Assembly (NCBI GenBank): GCA_035466775.1
Contig: DATIUQ010000154.1
Coordinates: 1,092-65,091 of the forward strand
Source: Arthrobacter sp.
GTDB lineage: Bacteria > Actinomycetota > Actinomycetes > Actinomycetales > Micrococcaceae
DNA length: 64,000 nt
Reading direction: 5' to 3'
Position 1 is the stretch's first letter; every line of letters starts with the position of its first letter. Positions 26,218 to 36,612 of this stretch are shown piece by piece. Both the position numbers and the translations under genes were made by a program. A model generated the notes under the pieces. It had not been told where the DNA came from and did no database searches. It saw nothing but the letters and a program-made list of their open reading frames with translations.

Positions 26218-27654
26218 CTAGGCCTTGTGCGGCGGACGGGTCATGGACATGACGTCCAGTGCGGTGTCCAGCTGCTCCTCGGTCAGTTCGCCGCGCTCCA
26301 GGAAGCCCATGGCCACGACAGTTTCGCGGATGGTCAGGCCCTCGGCCACGGACTTCTTCGCGATCTTCGCGGCGTTCTCGTAGCCGATGAACTTGTTCAG
26401 CGGGGTGACGATGGACGGGGACGCCTCGGCGAGGAAGCGGGCGCGCTCGACGTTGGCGGTGATGCCGTCGATCATCTTGTCCGCCATGACGCGGCTGGTG
26501 TTGGCCAGCAGGCGCACGGACTCGAGCAGGTTTGCGGCCATCACGGGGATGCCGACGTTGAGCTCGAACGCGCCGTTGGTGCCGGACCACGCGATGGCGG
26601 TGTCGTTGCCGATGACCTGGGCGCAGACCATGATGGAGGCTTCGCAGATGACCGGGTTGACCTTGCCCGGCATGATCGAGGAGCCCGGCTGTAGGTCCGG
26701 GATCGCGATTTCGCCGAGGCCGGTGTTGGGGCCGGAGCCCATCCAGCGCAGGTCGTTGTTGATCTTCATGAAGGAGATCGCGATGTTGCGCAGCTGGCTG
26801 GAGGCCTCGATGAGGCCGTCACGGTTGGCCTGGGCCTCGAAGTGGTCGCGCGCCTCGGTCAGCGGCAGGCCGGTGTCGGCGGAGAGCAGTTCGATGACAC
26901 GCTCCGGGAAACCGGCGGGGGTGTTGATGCCGGTGCCGACGGCGGTGCCGCCGAGCGGAACTTCGGCGACGCGGGGGAGGGAAGCATTGATGCGTTCGAT
27001 GCCGTAGCGGACCTGCGCGGCGTAGCCGCCGAACTCCTGGCCGAGTGTCACCGGGGTGGCATCCATGAGGTGCGTGCGGCCGGACTTCACGACGTCCTTG
27101 AACTCGACGGCCTTGCGCTCCAGGGACTCCGCAAGGTAGCCCAGCGCCGGGATCAGGTCGTTGATCAGGGCGGAGGTGGCCGCCACGTGGACCGAGGTGG
27201 GGAAGACGTCGTTGGAGGACTGCGAGGCGTTGACGTGGTCGTTCGGGTGGACCACCTTGTCGCTGCCGCCCGCCTTGAGCGCGCGGGTGGCAAGCTCGGC
27301 CAGGACCTCGTTGGTGTTCATGTTCGACGACGTGCCCGAGCCGGTCTGGAACACGTCAATCGGGAAGTCGCCGTCGTACTTGCCGGTGGCAACCTCATCA
27401 GCGGCGTCCGCGATGGCCTGTGCGAGCTCGCCGTCGAGCACTCCCAGTTCTGCGTTGGCCTGGGCAGCGGCCTTCTTGACCCGGGCGAGGGCTTCGATGT
27501 GGGCGCGCTCGAGGGTCTTGCCGGAGATTGGGAAGTTTTCGACGGCGCGCTGCGTCTGGGCGCGGTACAACGCGTTCACGGGGACGCGGACTTCGCCCAT
27601 CGTGTCGTGTTCAATGCGGAACTCTTCAGTGTTCAAATCTGCTGTGGAAGTCAT
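26218..27654 (-). CDS. fumC: Class II fumarate hydratase
   Basis: [11 protein letters not shown] signature, [21 protein letters not shown]. Confidence 0.95.
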   Translation of the reverse strand: MTSTADLNTEEFRIEHDTMGEVRVPVNALYRAQTQRAVENFPISGKTLERAHIEALARVKKAAAQANAELGVLDGELAQAIADAADEVATGKYDGDFPIDVFQTGSGTSSNMNTNEVLAELATRALKAGGSDKVVHPNDHVNASQSSNDVFPTSVHVAATSALINDLIPALGYLAESLERKAVEFKDVVKSGRTHLMDATPVTLGQEFGGYAAQVRYGIERINASLPRVAEVPLGGTAVGTGINTPAGFPERVIELLSADTGLPLTEARDHFEAQANRDGLIEASSQLRNIAISFMKINNDLRWMGSGPNTGLGEIAIPDLQPGSSIMPGKVNPVICEASIMVCAQVIGNDTAIAWSGTNGAFELNVGIPVMAANLLESVRLLANTSRVMADKMIDGITANVERARFLAEASPSIVTPLNKFIGYENAAKIAKKSVAEGLTIRETVVAMGFLERGELTEEQLDTALDVMSMTRPPHKA

Positions 27655-27740
27655 GGGGCTAGCTTATTGGGCGGAGGCGTCCCACCGAAAACCATGAACT
27701 GCCTGCTCCCGGCAGCCCGCAGCGCCGCAGCGGGAGGATC

Positions 27741-28355
27741 TCAGATCTCGCCGATTCCGGAAACGATGTCCGCCCGGCCGTCGGCCAGGCTGTAGGCGAG
27801 GCCGATCACCGCTGCTCGGCCGCCCTCGACTGCACCGGAAATCACCCGCGAGCTGTCCACCAGCCGCTGCGACGTCTGTTTCACGTTCTCGACCACCATG
27901 TCGTTGACGTCGTTCTGGTTGTTGCGCAGCGAGGTCAGCACCGACGGCGTGATGCGCTCAACGAGGCTGCGCATAAAGCCCACTGGCATCTGCCCGGTTT
28001 CCACCGCAGCTTTGGTGGCCGTGACCGCTCCGCAGCTGTCGTGCCCGAGGACCACGATCAGCGGCACGCCAAGGACGCTGACGCTGTATTCGAGGGATCC
28101 GAGCACGGCGTCGTCGATCACCTGGCCCGCGGTGCGGACCACAAAGGCGTCCCCCAGGCCAAGATCGAAGATGATTTCGGCGGCCAGGCGGGAATCCGAG
28201 CAACCGAAGATCACCGCGAAGGGGTGCTGGTTCTCCACGAGGGAGGAACGGCGCGACGCGTCCTGGTTGGGATGGGACGATTCGCCGGAGACAAAGCGCT
28301 CGTTGCCTTCGCGGAGTCGGCGCCAGGCAAGTGCGGGGGTGAGATAAGTGGCCAC
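27741..28355 (-). CDS. Beta-class carbonic anhydrase
   Basis: CSDSR and HDSCGA zinc ligands. Confidence 0.92.
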   Translation of the reverse strand: MATYLTPALAWRRLREGNERFVSGESSHPNQDASRRSSLVENQHPFAVIFGCSDSRLAAEIIFDLGLGDAFVVRTAGQVIDDAVLGSLEYSVSVLGVPLIVVLGHDSCGAVTATKAAVETGQMPVGFMRSLVERITPSVLTSLRNNQNDVNDMVVENVKQTSQRLVDSSRVISGAVEGGRAAVIGLAYSLADGRADIVSGIGEI

Positions 28356-28364
28356 GGCCTTACC

Positions 28365-29090
28365 TTACGGCGAAGGAACGGGGGAGGGCGAAACTGTTGC
28401 ATCGGCGGTGCTGCCGGGTGACGCACTGCCGGCGGCGGCGTTGCCTTCGAGCGCCTTGACCACCGCGGATGCCAGAACCGTGAATTCTTCCAGCTGGGCG
28501 GATCCGGTCAGGATAACGGTGGTCCCCCCGGCGTCGCGAAGCACCATGCTCTTCTCGCCCTTGCCGGTGTCGCGGAGTTCCCAGTCCCGGCCCCCTGCGC
28601 TGCGGGTGCCGGTGACGGGTGCGCTCTTGACCTGCTGCAGCAGCCACGTGGGGTTGGACTGCCGCGTCTGCACCAGGCCGATAAAGGACTCCTTGGGGGT
28701 GAGGTAGCCGACCTCCCACGTGGGGACGCCACTGCCCGTTCCGGATTCCCAGCGGGCGTAGTTCGCGCGGAATGTGTCGCCGGTTTCCGGGGCCGCGGGT
28801 GTGAATCCCGCCACATCCGCCGCGTTCCGCGCCACGGCACTGACGTTGATGTCCGGGCGGTAGCCGTCGGACTTCGGCGACGGGTTCATCAGGACGATCG
28901 GCAGGAACGTGGCAATGCTCAGGACCAGCGCGATGACCATGCCGATCACGGAGGCGTTCGCGCGTTTCGCCGCTCCCGCGGTCAGGACGGGCTTGACGGG
29001 CGGCTGGCCGGCCGCGCCGGGCGTTTCCTGGCCGACAGTGCCGGCGGGGGAAGCTGGGGCTGCGGGGGGTGTTTCCTGCAATTCACTCAC
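28365..29090 (-). CDS. DUF4245-like membrane-anchored protein
   Basis: One TM helix, W(E)VGYLTP..FIGLVQ; divergent from glpX as in other actinobacteria; start GTG 29090. Confidence 0.7.
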   Translation of the reverse strand: MSELQETPPAAPASPAGTVGQETPGAAGQPPVKPVLTAGAAKRANASVIGMVIALVLSIATFLPIVLMNPSPKSDGYRPDINVSAVARNAADVAGFTPAAPETGDTFRANYARWESGTGSGVPTWEVGYLTPKESFIGLVQTRQSNPTWLLQQVKSAPVTGTRSAGGRDWELRDTGKGEKSMVLRDAGGTTVILTGSAQLEEFTVLASAVVKALEGNAAAGSASPGSTADATVSPSPVPSP

Positions 29091-29299
29091 CCCTCTATAG
29101 TCGCCCATTTTTGGCCGATCTCACATTCGGTGATGCCGGGCGGGGCAGGGGCCTCCGCTTCACAGATTGGTCATTCCAAGACGCAGCTTTTCGCCGCGAC
29201 TATGATCAGTTACAGACGAGATCACTAACCAACGAATCACCGCGACGGATCGACCTGGCCGTGCGGCTTCAATGATCGCCACTCGAAGAAGAGGTTCAC

Positions 29300-30337
29300 G
29301 TGACACCAGCGCCAATGACCCAGAAGTACTCCACGCTTTCGCCGTCCCTCGCCGTCGGCATCGACGAGCCGGACCGCAACCTTGCTCTGGAACTGGTCCG
29401 CGTCACCGAAGCTGCCGCCATCGCCGGCGGCCACTGGGTCGGGTTCGGGGACAAGAACAAGGCCGACGGCGCCGCCGTCGACGCCATGCGCTCGTTCCTC
29501 CAGACCGTCCACTTCAACGGCGTTGTCGTCATCGGCGAAGGTGAAAAGGACGAAGCCCCGATGCTCTTCAACGGAGAGCGTGTCGGCGACGGCACCGGGC
29601 CCGAGTGCGATGTCGCCGTCGACCCGATCGACGGAACCCGGCTGACCGCCCTGGGCATCAACAACGCCCTGGCCGTCCTCGCCGTCGCCGAGCGCGGCTC
29701 CATGTTCGATCCCTCCGCGGTCTTCTACATGGAGAAGCTCGTGACCGGCCCGGAAGCCGCCGACATGGTTGACCTGCGCCTGCCGGTCAAGCAGAACCTG
29801 CACTTGATCGCCAAGGCCAAGGGTGTCAAGGTCAACCAGCTCAACGTGATGATCCTCGACCGCGACCGGCACCGCCCGCTCGTGGAGGAGATCCGCGAGG
29901 CGGGTGCGCGCACCAAGTTCATCATGGACGGCGACGTCGCCGGCGCCATCGCCGCAGCCCGCTCGGGCACCGGCGTGGACGCCCTGATGGGCATCGGCGG
30001 AACGCCGGAAGGCATCGTCGCCGCCTGCGCGATCAAGTCCCTCGGCGGCGTGATCCAGGGCCGCCTGTGGCCCACCAGCGACGACGAGAAGCAGAAGGCG
30101 ATCGACGCCGGCCACGACCTGGACCGGGTGCTCTCCACCAACGATCTGGTCTCCAGCGACAACTGCTACTTCGCCGCAACGGGCATCACCGACGGCGACC
30201 TGCTCAAGGGCGTGCGCTACTCCAAGGACAAGGTCCTCACCCAGTCCATCGTGATGCGCTCCAAGTCCGGCACCATCCGCTTCGTGGATGGCGAGCACCA
30301 GGCCAGCAAGTGGGAAGGCTACGCGCGCAAGGGCTAG
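29300..30337 (+). CDS. glpX: Class II fructose-1,6-bisphosphatase
   Basis: VIGEGEKDEAPML, DPIDGT, DGDVAG and GGTPEG motifs. Confidence 0.95.
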   Translation: MTPAPMTQKYSTLSPSLAVGIDEPDRNLALELVRVTEAAAIAGGHWVGFGDKNKADGAAVDAMRSFLQTVHFNGVVVIGEGEKDEAPMLFNGERVGDGTGPECDVAVDPIDGTRLTALGINNALAVLAVAERGSMFDPSAVFYMEKLVTGPEAADMVDLRLPVKQNLHLIAKAKGVKVNQLNVMILDRDRHRPLVEEIREAGARTKFIMDGDVAGAIAAARSGTGVDALMGIGGTPEGIVAACAIKSLGGVIQGRLWPTSDDEKQKAIDAGHDLDRVLSTNDLVSSDNCYFAATGITDGDLLKGVRYSKDKVLTQSIVMRSKSGTIRFVDGEHQASKWEGYARKG

Positions 30338-30361
30338 CACCTGCCGCACCAAGCAGAACAC

Positions 30362-30398
30362 CCGGAACCCGGGGCGCCATTCGCGCCCCGGGTTCCGG
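30362..30398 (+). terminator. Hairpin after glpX
   Basis: CCGGAACCCGGGGCG-N7-CGCCCCGGGTTCCGG; no strong U tract. Confidence 0.55.
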
Positions 30399-30438
30399 CG
30401 TTTCCGGAGGGCCCGGCGGCATTGGGTAGGGTGGAACC

Positions 30439-31413
30439 ATGACATGGCTCGTAACAGGTGGCGCAGGATATATCGGTTCGCACGTGGTCTCCGCTTTGCG
30501 AGGAGCAGGCATCCAGGCGGTGGTGATTGACTCGCTCTCCAGCGGACACCGCGAGTTCGTCCCGGAGGACGTGCCCTTCGTCCACGGCACCATCCTCGAC
30601 TCGGAGCTCGTGGCCCGGACCATGCTGGACCACGGCGTGACCGGCGTGATCCACCTTGCCGGCTTCAAATACGCCGGGGTTTCCGTGCAGGAGCCGCTGC
30701 TCACGTATGAGCAGAACGTCACCGGCACGGCCGAACTGCTGAAGGCAATGGAGCTCGCCGAGGTGGACAAGCTGGTCTTCTCCTCCTCGGCCGCCACCTA
30801 CGGCACGCCCACCGGGGACGTCGTCACGGAAGCGACCCCGACGAATCCCGAATCCCCCTACGGGGAGAGCAAGCTGATCGGCGAATGGCTGATCCGTGAC
30901 CAGGGCGTGGCGCGTGGGCTGAAGCACACCTCGCTGCGCTATTTCAACGTCGTTGGCTCCGGCTCGCCCGAACTCTACGACACGAGCCCGCACAACCTCT
31001 TCCCGATCGTGCTCCGCGCGCTGACCGCTGGCAAGACCCCGCGTATCAACGGCACCGACTACAACACGGCCGACGGCACCTGCGTGCGGGACTACGTGCA
31101 CGTCGCCGACCTGGCCACCTCGCACGTTGCGGCGGCCCAGGCCCTCGCCGCCGGTAAGCCGCTGGAACGCATCTACAACCTCGGGTCCGGCGACGGCCTC
31201 TCCGTCCGGCAGATCATGACGGCGATGGCCAACGTCACCGGAATCGACTTCGAGCCGGAGATTGGCCCGCGCCGCGCCGGGGACCCGGACCGGATCGTGG
31301 CCGACGGCACGCTGGCCGCCCGCGACCTGGACTGGAAGATGCGGCACTCCGTCGAGGACATGGTCGCCAGCGCCTACGAAGCGCAGAAGAAAGCAGCCTC
31401 CGCCGGAAACTAG
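30439..31413 (+). CDS. galE: UDP-glucose 4-epimerase
   Basis: TGGAGYIGSH, YGESK (YxxxK), LRYFNV and CVRDYVHVADLA motifs; TAGGGT-N6-ATG. Confidence 0.93.
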   Translation: MTWLVTGGAGYIGSHVVSALRGAGIQAVVIDSLSSGHREFVPEDVPFVHGTILDSELVARTMLDHGVTGVIHLAGFKYAGVSVQEPLLTYEQNVTGTAELLKAMELAEVDKLVFSSSAATYGTPTGDVVTEATPTNPESPYGESKLIGEWLIRDQGVARGLKHTSLRYFNVVGSGSPELYDTSPHNLFPIVLRALTAGKTPRINGTDYNTADGTCVRDYVHVADLATSHVAAAQALAAGKPLERIYNLGSGDGLSVRQIMTAMANVTGIDFEPEIGPRRAGDPDRIVADGTLAARDLDWKMRHSVEDMVASAYEAQKKAASAGN

Positions 31414-31436
31414 GGCCCCGGGCGCCATGCCCCCCC

Positions 31437-31963
31437 CGGGGGACATGCCCAGTGCTCACGCTCACGAATGGACTTAGTGGCTTTCTGTCCGTCCGTCACG
31501 GCAGCGGCGGGGCATGTCCAGCGCTGAGGCCGAGCTTTGGCTGCGCCACAGGGGGCATGTCCAGAGCAGCAGTTTCGGTTTGTGCTGCGTTCCAAAGGAC
31601 ATGTCCAGTTTTCGGCCCTGACGACGCCGTGTCCCGGGGGGACATGCCCAGCGGTCACGCCCAGGGACGGACATAGTGGGCTTATGTCCATCCGCTGGGG
31701 GTGCCGCGGGGCATGTCCGGCGGTTGTCCAGGCCGGTGCTGCCTCCGGCGGGACATGTCCAGTTCTCAGCCCGGACGACGCCGAGCCGCAGGGGACATGC
31801 CCAGCGGTCACGCCCACGTGCGGGCTGCCCTGAAGGGACATGCCCAGCGCTCACGCCCACGTACGGGCTGCCCCGAGGGGACATGCCCAGTGGTCACGAC
31901 CAAGAGTGGACAGAGTGGGCTTGTGTCCGTCCGTCACGGTGAGCGGGGGGCATGTCCAGCGGG
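31437..31963. repeat. Array of 11 regularly spaced near-palindromic 12-mers GG(A/G)CATG(C/T)CC(A/G)G
   Basis: Cores start at 31441, 31510, 31553, 31597, 31640, 31709, 31751, 31793, 31836, 31879 and 31948; spacings 69,43,44,43,69,42,42,43,43,69. Confidence 0.92.
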
Positions 31964-31997
31964 GGAGACGGCTTGGCCCACCCCGGGAAACGGAGGC

Positions 31998-32990
31998 TCA
32001 GCGGCGGAGCGCGCCGCGCAGCCGGGTTGGCACGGCCCGGGCCCCCTGGACGCCGCGGCGGGCGGCTTGCGCGCCCTTCCGTGCCAGCTGGTATCCGTTG
32101 TAGCGCATCTTCTTCACCGGCAGATCCCAGGTTCCGGGGTACGTGACCTCGCGCCCGCCGAACGACTTCTTGAATGCCGTGAAACCGGCCCATTTGTGGT
32201 CGGGCTGGTCCGCGGGGGCGACGCCCCAGAGGTCCACATGCTTCAGGCCCTTGTCCTTGGCATCTGCCATCAGGGTGACCAGCAGCGGAATCCCGGCGCT
32301 GAGCTTCCGGTGCGTATCGTCCAACGCGGCGTGGGCATAGGTGCGGGTATCCGCGGAGTCGTAGGCCAGCGCGGCAGCGATGGGCTCGCCCTCGAGCTCG
32401 GCGACGAAAAGCGTCGCGGCACCCGCCGGCATCAGTGAGCGCGCAACCCGGGTCAGGTACTCATCGCTCTGCGGCTTGAACCCGTTGCGCGCCGCCGTCA
32501 TGTGCAGGAACGCCAACAGTACCGAGATCTCCTCGGGGTCCTGGCTGGAGCGGAACGTCACGCCCTTCTTGTGGATGTTCCGGTACAGGTTCCGGTTCAC
32601 CGGCTTCATGTCCGCGAGGACGTCCTTGAAGTCCCGGTCCAGGTCCACGACCCAGCTCAGTTCGGGCTGCTGGTTGGCCGGGGCGGGCCGGAGGCCGCGC
32701 GTGCGCAGGACGGCGTCGGCGTCGGCAGCGGTGAAGCCGGCATCGACCGGTTCAATCCGGACGAACACCGCCCCGCAGCTGCGGGCCAGATCCCTCAGTG
32801 CCGCCAGGGCGGCGTCGAACGCGGCCAGGGAATCCGCCACCGGGCCGTAGGGTGCGTAGAGGAGTTTCCCGGCCGGGTTGCTCTCCTCGATGGCCAGGAA
32901 GCTCCAGCCCGGGCCCGAGTGCTGGTGCACGGTCCGTCCCAGGCTGCGCTGGAAACCGGCCCACTGGGGGCTCTGCAGGAAGTGGTCCAC
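31998..32990 (-). CDS. FemAB/FemX-family peptidoglycan aminoacyl-tRNA transferase
   Basis: HFLQSPQWA, YAPYGP, FVRIEP, VDLWGV and GFTAFKKSFGG motifs. Confidence 0.85.
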   Translation of the reverse strand: MDHFLQSPQWAGFQRSLGRTVHQHSGPGWSFLAIEESNPAGKLLYAPYGPVADSLAAFDAALAALRDLARSCGAVFVRIEPVDAGFTAADADAVLRTRGLRPAPANQQPELSWVVDLDRDFKDVLADMKPVNRNLYRNIHKKGVTFRSSQDPEEISVLLAFLHMTAARNGFKPQSDEYLTRVARSLMPAGAATLFVAELEGEPIAAALAYDSADTRTYAHAALDDTHRKLSAGIPLLVTLMADAKDKGLKHVDLWGVAPADQPDHKWAGFTAFKKSFGGREVTYPGTWDLPVKKMRYNGYQLARKGAQAARRGVQGARAVPTRLRGALRR

Positions 32991-32994
32991 GGTC

Positions 32995-34281
32995 TCAGGC
33001 TTTCAGTGCGGTCGTGACGGCAAAGGCAAGGGCTGTTCCGGTGGCGCCGGACATGGCGTGGGCATTGACCGGTGCCTCGGCTGCGGGCAGGAACGCGCTC
33101 GCGCCGCGGTCCAGCCGCAGCTCGCCCTTGGGGGAGTCGAGGAGCACGGTTCCGGACACGACGATGATGACGGCGGCCCCCGACTGAGCCAGCGGGACGG
33201 GTTCCGCGCCGGGCTCCAGCTCGATGCGCTGCAGCTGGAATTCACGGAACGGCGGCCGGAAGACCTCCTGGCCCAGCATCGTCGTCTCGGGGCTGAGCAT
33301 CGGGATACCGACGGCTTCGAACGCGACGGTACGGAGCAGTTCCGGCACGTCCACGAACTTGGGGGTCAGCCCGCCGCGCAGCACGTTGTCGGAGGAGGCC
33401 ATGACCTCGATGCCGAGGCCGTGCAGGTAGGCGTGGACGTTGCCGGCCGGAAGGTAGACAGCCTCGCCCGGCGCCAGCGAGACCCGGTTGAGCAGCAGCG
33501 AGATCAGGACTCCCGGATCGCCCGGGTACTGTGCGTTGAGCGTGACGACGGTGGAGAGCTCCGCCTGGTGCGGCGCCGTCGGGGCGCCGGAGACCAGGGC
33601 CGCCACAATCGCGGCCGTCGCTTCGGCGACTTCCTCGCCGCCGGCGATCAGCCGCTCGAAGGCCGAGCGCAGGGCAGCCGGCTCCTCGGGCTGCGCCAGA
33701 TCCTCCAGCAGCAGCAGAACGAGCGGGGGAAGGTCGAGGCCGGCGAGTTCAAAATCCGCCACCAGCAGCTCGAAGACGGCACGCGCTTCCGACGCCGGCC
33801 GGAAGCCGCACAGCGCCTCGAACGGTGTCAGCGCGAAGATCATCTCCGGCTTGTGGAAGGCGTCCTTGTAATTGCGTTCCGTCGCGCCGCGGTCGACTCC
33901 GGCAGCCTCCTCCCGGGCGAACCCTTCCCTTGCCTGCTCGAGAGTGGGGTGCACCTGGAGCGAGAGGGGGCTGTCGGCGGCCAGGACCTTGAGCAGGAAC
34001 GGAAGCCGCGGGCCGAATTCGGCCACGCTGTCGCTGCCCAGATGGTGCTCCGGGTCTTCCCCGATCAGCGCATCCAGTGCCCGGCGGCCGCCGTGGCCTT
34101 CGACCGCCGCGTGGGCTCCGGCGGAGCCGGCAGGGCTAAGCGCCACCGACGGTGAGTCCGGGTGTGCGCCGATCCAGAGTTCCGCCTCAGGGCCGCCGGA
34201 GGCGGGCCTGCCAAGCAGCCCGGCGATGGCCGTTGTGGAGCCCCAGGCATAGGGCCGGAGGACATTCTCGAGTTCGTACAC
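32995..34281 (-). CDS. manA: Mannose-6-phosphate isomerase, class I
   Basis: YAWGS, AELWIGAHP, LSLQVHP, HKPEMI, HAYLHG..IEVMASSDNVLRGGLT. Confidence 0.95.
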   Translation of the reverse strand: MYELENVLRPYAWGSTTAIAGLLGRPASGGPEAELWIGAHPDSPSVALSPAGSAGAHAAVEGHGGRRALDALIGEDPEHHLGSDSVAEFGPRLPFLLKVLAADSPLSLQVHPTLEQAREGFAREEAAGVDRGATERNYKDAFHKPEMIFALTPFEALCGFRPASEARAVFELLVADFELAGLDLPPLVLLLLEDLAQPEEPAALRSAFERLIAGGEEVAEATAAIVAALVSGAPTAPHQAELSTVVTLNAQYPGDPGVLISLLLNRVSLAPGEAVYLPAGNVHAYLHGLGIEVMASSDNVLRGGLTPKFVDVPELLRTVAFEAVGIPMLSPETTMLGQEVFRPPFREFQLQRIELEPGAEPVPLAQSGAAVIIVVSGTVLLDSPKGELRLDRGASAFLPAAEAPVNAHAMSGATGTALAFAVTTALKA

Positions 34282-34337
34282 TGCCTGGGTGTCCCAATCT
34301 GTTGCGGAAGGCTGCTAAGGAAGGTGTGGCCGCGGAT

Positions 34338-35984
34338 CTAGAGCGGCGCGCACTGGCCGTTCGTGGCGACCAGGTTGCGGATCGACTGCTCGTCGCCGTT
34401 GAGCTTGAACTGGTTCAGCATCTCTTCGGTGATCGGCTCGCCGTCCGGCGTTGTGGTCACCGGAGTGAAGTCCGACGGCGGCGGCGCGGGCTGGGTGCCG
34501 GGCTGCGCGGCCGGCACCGCTCCGGCTGCCGAGAGCGGTCCGGGCGCCGGGTGCGGCACGCGGATGCCGTCGTCGGCGGCGCCGGCCTCGGGGGCGGGGG
34601 CGAGGAGTGCATCGACCTTCTGGTGGATCTGGTCGAAGTCCGGGACGGTCGAGAAGGAAGCGTCGAAGTCGGGCGGCCCGATGGTCAGCCGGCTCATTTC
34701 CTGTCCCTTCGCCTTCATGGCGAGGTCCACGAAACTCCCGAGCTGGCTGGAGGAAATGTTGGAGTCGACCACCTTGGTGCCCGCCTTGACGATGTCCTCG
34801 AACTTGGCCAGCAGGGTTGCCGGATCCAGCTGCTTGAGCATGGCCTGCTGGACGCACTGCTGGCGGGCGATGCGGGAGTAGTCGTCCACGAATTCCCGTG
34901 ATCGGCCGTACCAGAGGGCGTGGTAGCCGTCCAGGGTATTGTCGCCGGCCGGGATCCAGCCCAGCGGCATGCCGTGGATTCCGCTGGCTTCGTCAATGGT
35001 CTCGCCGCTGATCGGGACCCAGCCGCCGGCCTTGATCCGGATGCCACCCATGGCATCAATGAGCCTGGCGAAGCCGTCCATGTCCACCAGGACATAGGCC
35101 TGGACCTTGATGCCCAGGCTCCCGGAGACCGCTTCCAGGGTGGCCTGCGCGCCGGGGTCTTCCACCCCGGGGTACAGGTCCTTGTGTTCGTTGGTGACCT
35201 CGGTGTTGATGGCGTTGATGAGGCATTCGTTGCCGCAGTCGTAGCCGTCGGGATAGACCGTGCGCATGGGCGAGTCCTCGCTGAACTGCGCATTCTGCAG
35301 ATTGCGGGGCACCGAGATGATGGCGGTCTCGCCGGTCTTGGCATCGACACTGATGACCGAGAGGCTGTCCGGCCGGCGGCCGGTGCGGTCGGATCCGGCG
35401 TCGCCGCCCATCATCAGGAAGTTGTAGCGGCCTTCGGAGGGTTCCATCGCGGGTCCGGCGGAGAAGATATTGGAAATGGCGTCGCGGCTGACGTTGAGCA
35501 GGTACGCGGCGTAGCCCAGCGATCCGCTGCTGAGGATCATCGCCAGCACCAGGGCGACCACGACGGCGGGGCGCGTCTTGGGGGTCAGCAGCACGGGCCG
35601 GATCAGCCGCAGGGTGTTGATGAACAGCGCGGCCCAGCCAACGGCCAGCGCCACCAGGCAGATGATGAGCAGCAACGAGGCAAGGGAGTTGGTGAACAGG
35701 CTGATCAGCGTCGACCGGGATGCGACGAGGAGCACTGCCGCCACGACGGCCAGCACCCAGACGGTGAGGGTGACGCGAAGCGCGATCCGCCCCAACCGCC
35801 GGTCCCCGGCAACGGTCTGGGCGCTGCCGGGCACCAGAAGCGTCATCAGGATCAGCAGGAACGCACGCTTGGTCAGGACCGACGCAGACGCCCCGGCGGG
35901 ATAGCGGACCGGATCCGTGAGGGACGGGGCGGACGCACGGTTGCGTGGCGCCGGCTGACGGGAGGGGGCATAACTGTTGGTCAT
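34338..35984 (-). CDS. LCP (LytR-CpsA-Psr) family glycopolymer-peptidoglycan ligase
   Basis: Three N-terminal TM helices, RPDSL..ISVPRN and GRSR..DDYSRIARQQ motifs. Confidence 0.88.
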   Translation of the reverse strand: MTNSYAPSRQPAPRNRASAPSLTDPVRYPAGASASVLTKRAFLLILMTLLVPGSAQTVAGDRRLGRIALRVTLTVWVLAVVAAVLLVASRSTLISLFTNSLASLLLIICLVALAVGWAALFINTLRLIRPVLLTPKTRPAVVVALVLAMILSSGSLGYAAYLLNVSRDAISNIFSAGPAMEPSEGRYNFLMMGGDAGSDRTGRRPDSLSVISVDAKTGETAIISVPRNLQNAQFSEDSPMRTVYPDGYDCGNECLINAINTEVTNEHKDLYPGVEDPGAQATLEAVSGSLGIKVQAYVLVDMDGFARLIDAMGGIRIKAGGWVPISGETIDEASGIHGMPLGWIPAGDNTLDGYHALWYGRSREFVDDYSRIARQQCVQQAMLKQLDPATLLAKFEDIVKAGTKVVDSNISSSQLGSFVDLAMKAKGQEMSRLTIGPPDFDASFSTVPDFDQIHQKVDALLAPAPEAGAADDGIRVPHPAPGPLSAAGAVPAAQPGTQPAPPPSDFTPVTTTPDGEPITEEMLNQFKLNGDEQSIRNLVATNGQCAPL

Positions 35985-35994
35985 CTGGTGATCC

Positions 35995-36612
35995 TTAACG
36001 GCTGCCCCGGGCGACGGCGTTTGCGTCGGCGAACACTTCGCTCACCTTCTGCCGCAGGTTCGCGCCCTTCCGGGTGGCGGCGTCGTTGAGTTCCTGGGCG
36101 AAGTCGACCAGGGCGGCGCGGAGCTGTCCGGCCAGGGGATCCGTGCCCGAGGCCAGCATGCGCACAGCCAGCAGGCCGGCGTTCCGGGCCCCGCCGATGG
36201 AGACGGTCGCCACCGGGACCCCGGCGGGCATCTGGACGATGGAGAGCAGGGAATCCATGCCGTCGAGGGTTTTGAGCGGGACGGGTACGCCGATGACCGG
36301 CAAGGGCGTGACGGAGGCGAGCATGCCCGGCAGGTGGGCGGCGCCGCCGGCGCCGGCAATGATGACGCGGAGGCCGCGTTCATGGGCCGTCTGGCCGTAG
36401 CGGATCATTTCGAGCGGCATGCGGTGTGCGGAGACCACATCGGCCTCAAAGGGGATGCCGAACTCGGCGAGGGCCTCGGCCGCGGCCTCCATCACCGGCC
36501 AGTCGGAGTCCGAGCCCATAACGAGCCCGACAAGGGGGCCCTCGGCTTCCGCAACTGCCGGGAAATCGGCGCCGCCGGGCCGGGCCGGGCTGCTGCTGTT
36601 GCTGGGGCTCAT
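35995..36612 (-). CDS. purE: N5-CAIR mutase
   Basis: [21 protein letters not shown] and [11 protein letters not shown]; ATG 36612 overlaps the purK stop. Confidence 0.95.
   Translation of the reverse strand: MSPSNSSSPARPGGADFPAVAEAEGPLVGLVMGSDSDWPVMEAAAEALAEFGIPFEADVVSAHRMPLEMIRYGQTAHERGLRVIIAGAGGAAHLPGMLASVTPLPVIGVPVPLKTLDGMDSLLSIVQMPAGVPVATVSIGGARNAGLLAVRMLASGTDPLAGQLRAALVDFAQELNDAATRKGANLRQKVSEVFADANAVARGSR

Noticed and set aside
31410-31942. Repeat-containing ORFs (GHVP, WTCP) as RiPP precursors or proteins
   Set aside because: The motif changes frame and strand with 43/44-bp spacings, so conservation is at the DNA level; no modifying enzymes nearby
31437-31963. CRISPR array
   Set aside because: The conserved core is only ~12 bp, spacers share class-specific sequence, two spacing classes alternate, and I saw no cas gene or AT-rich leader
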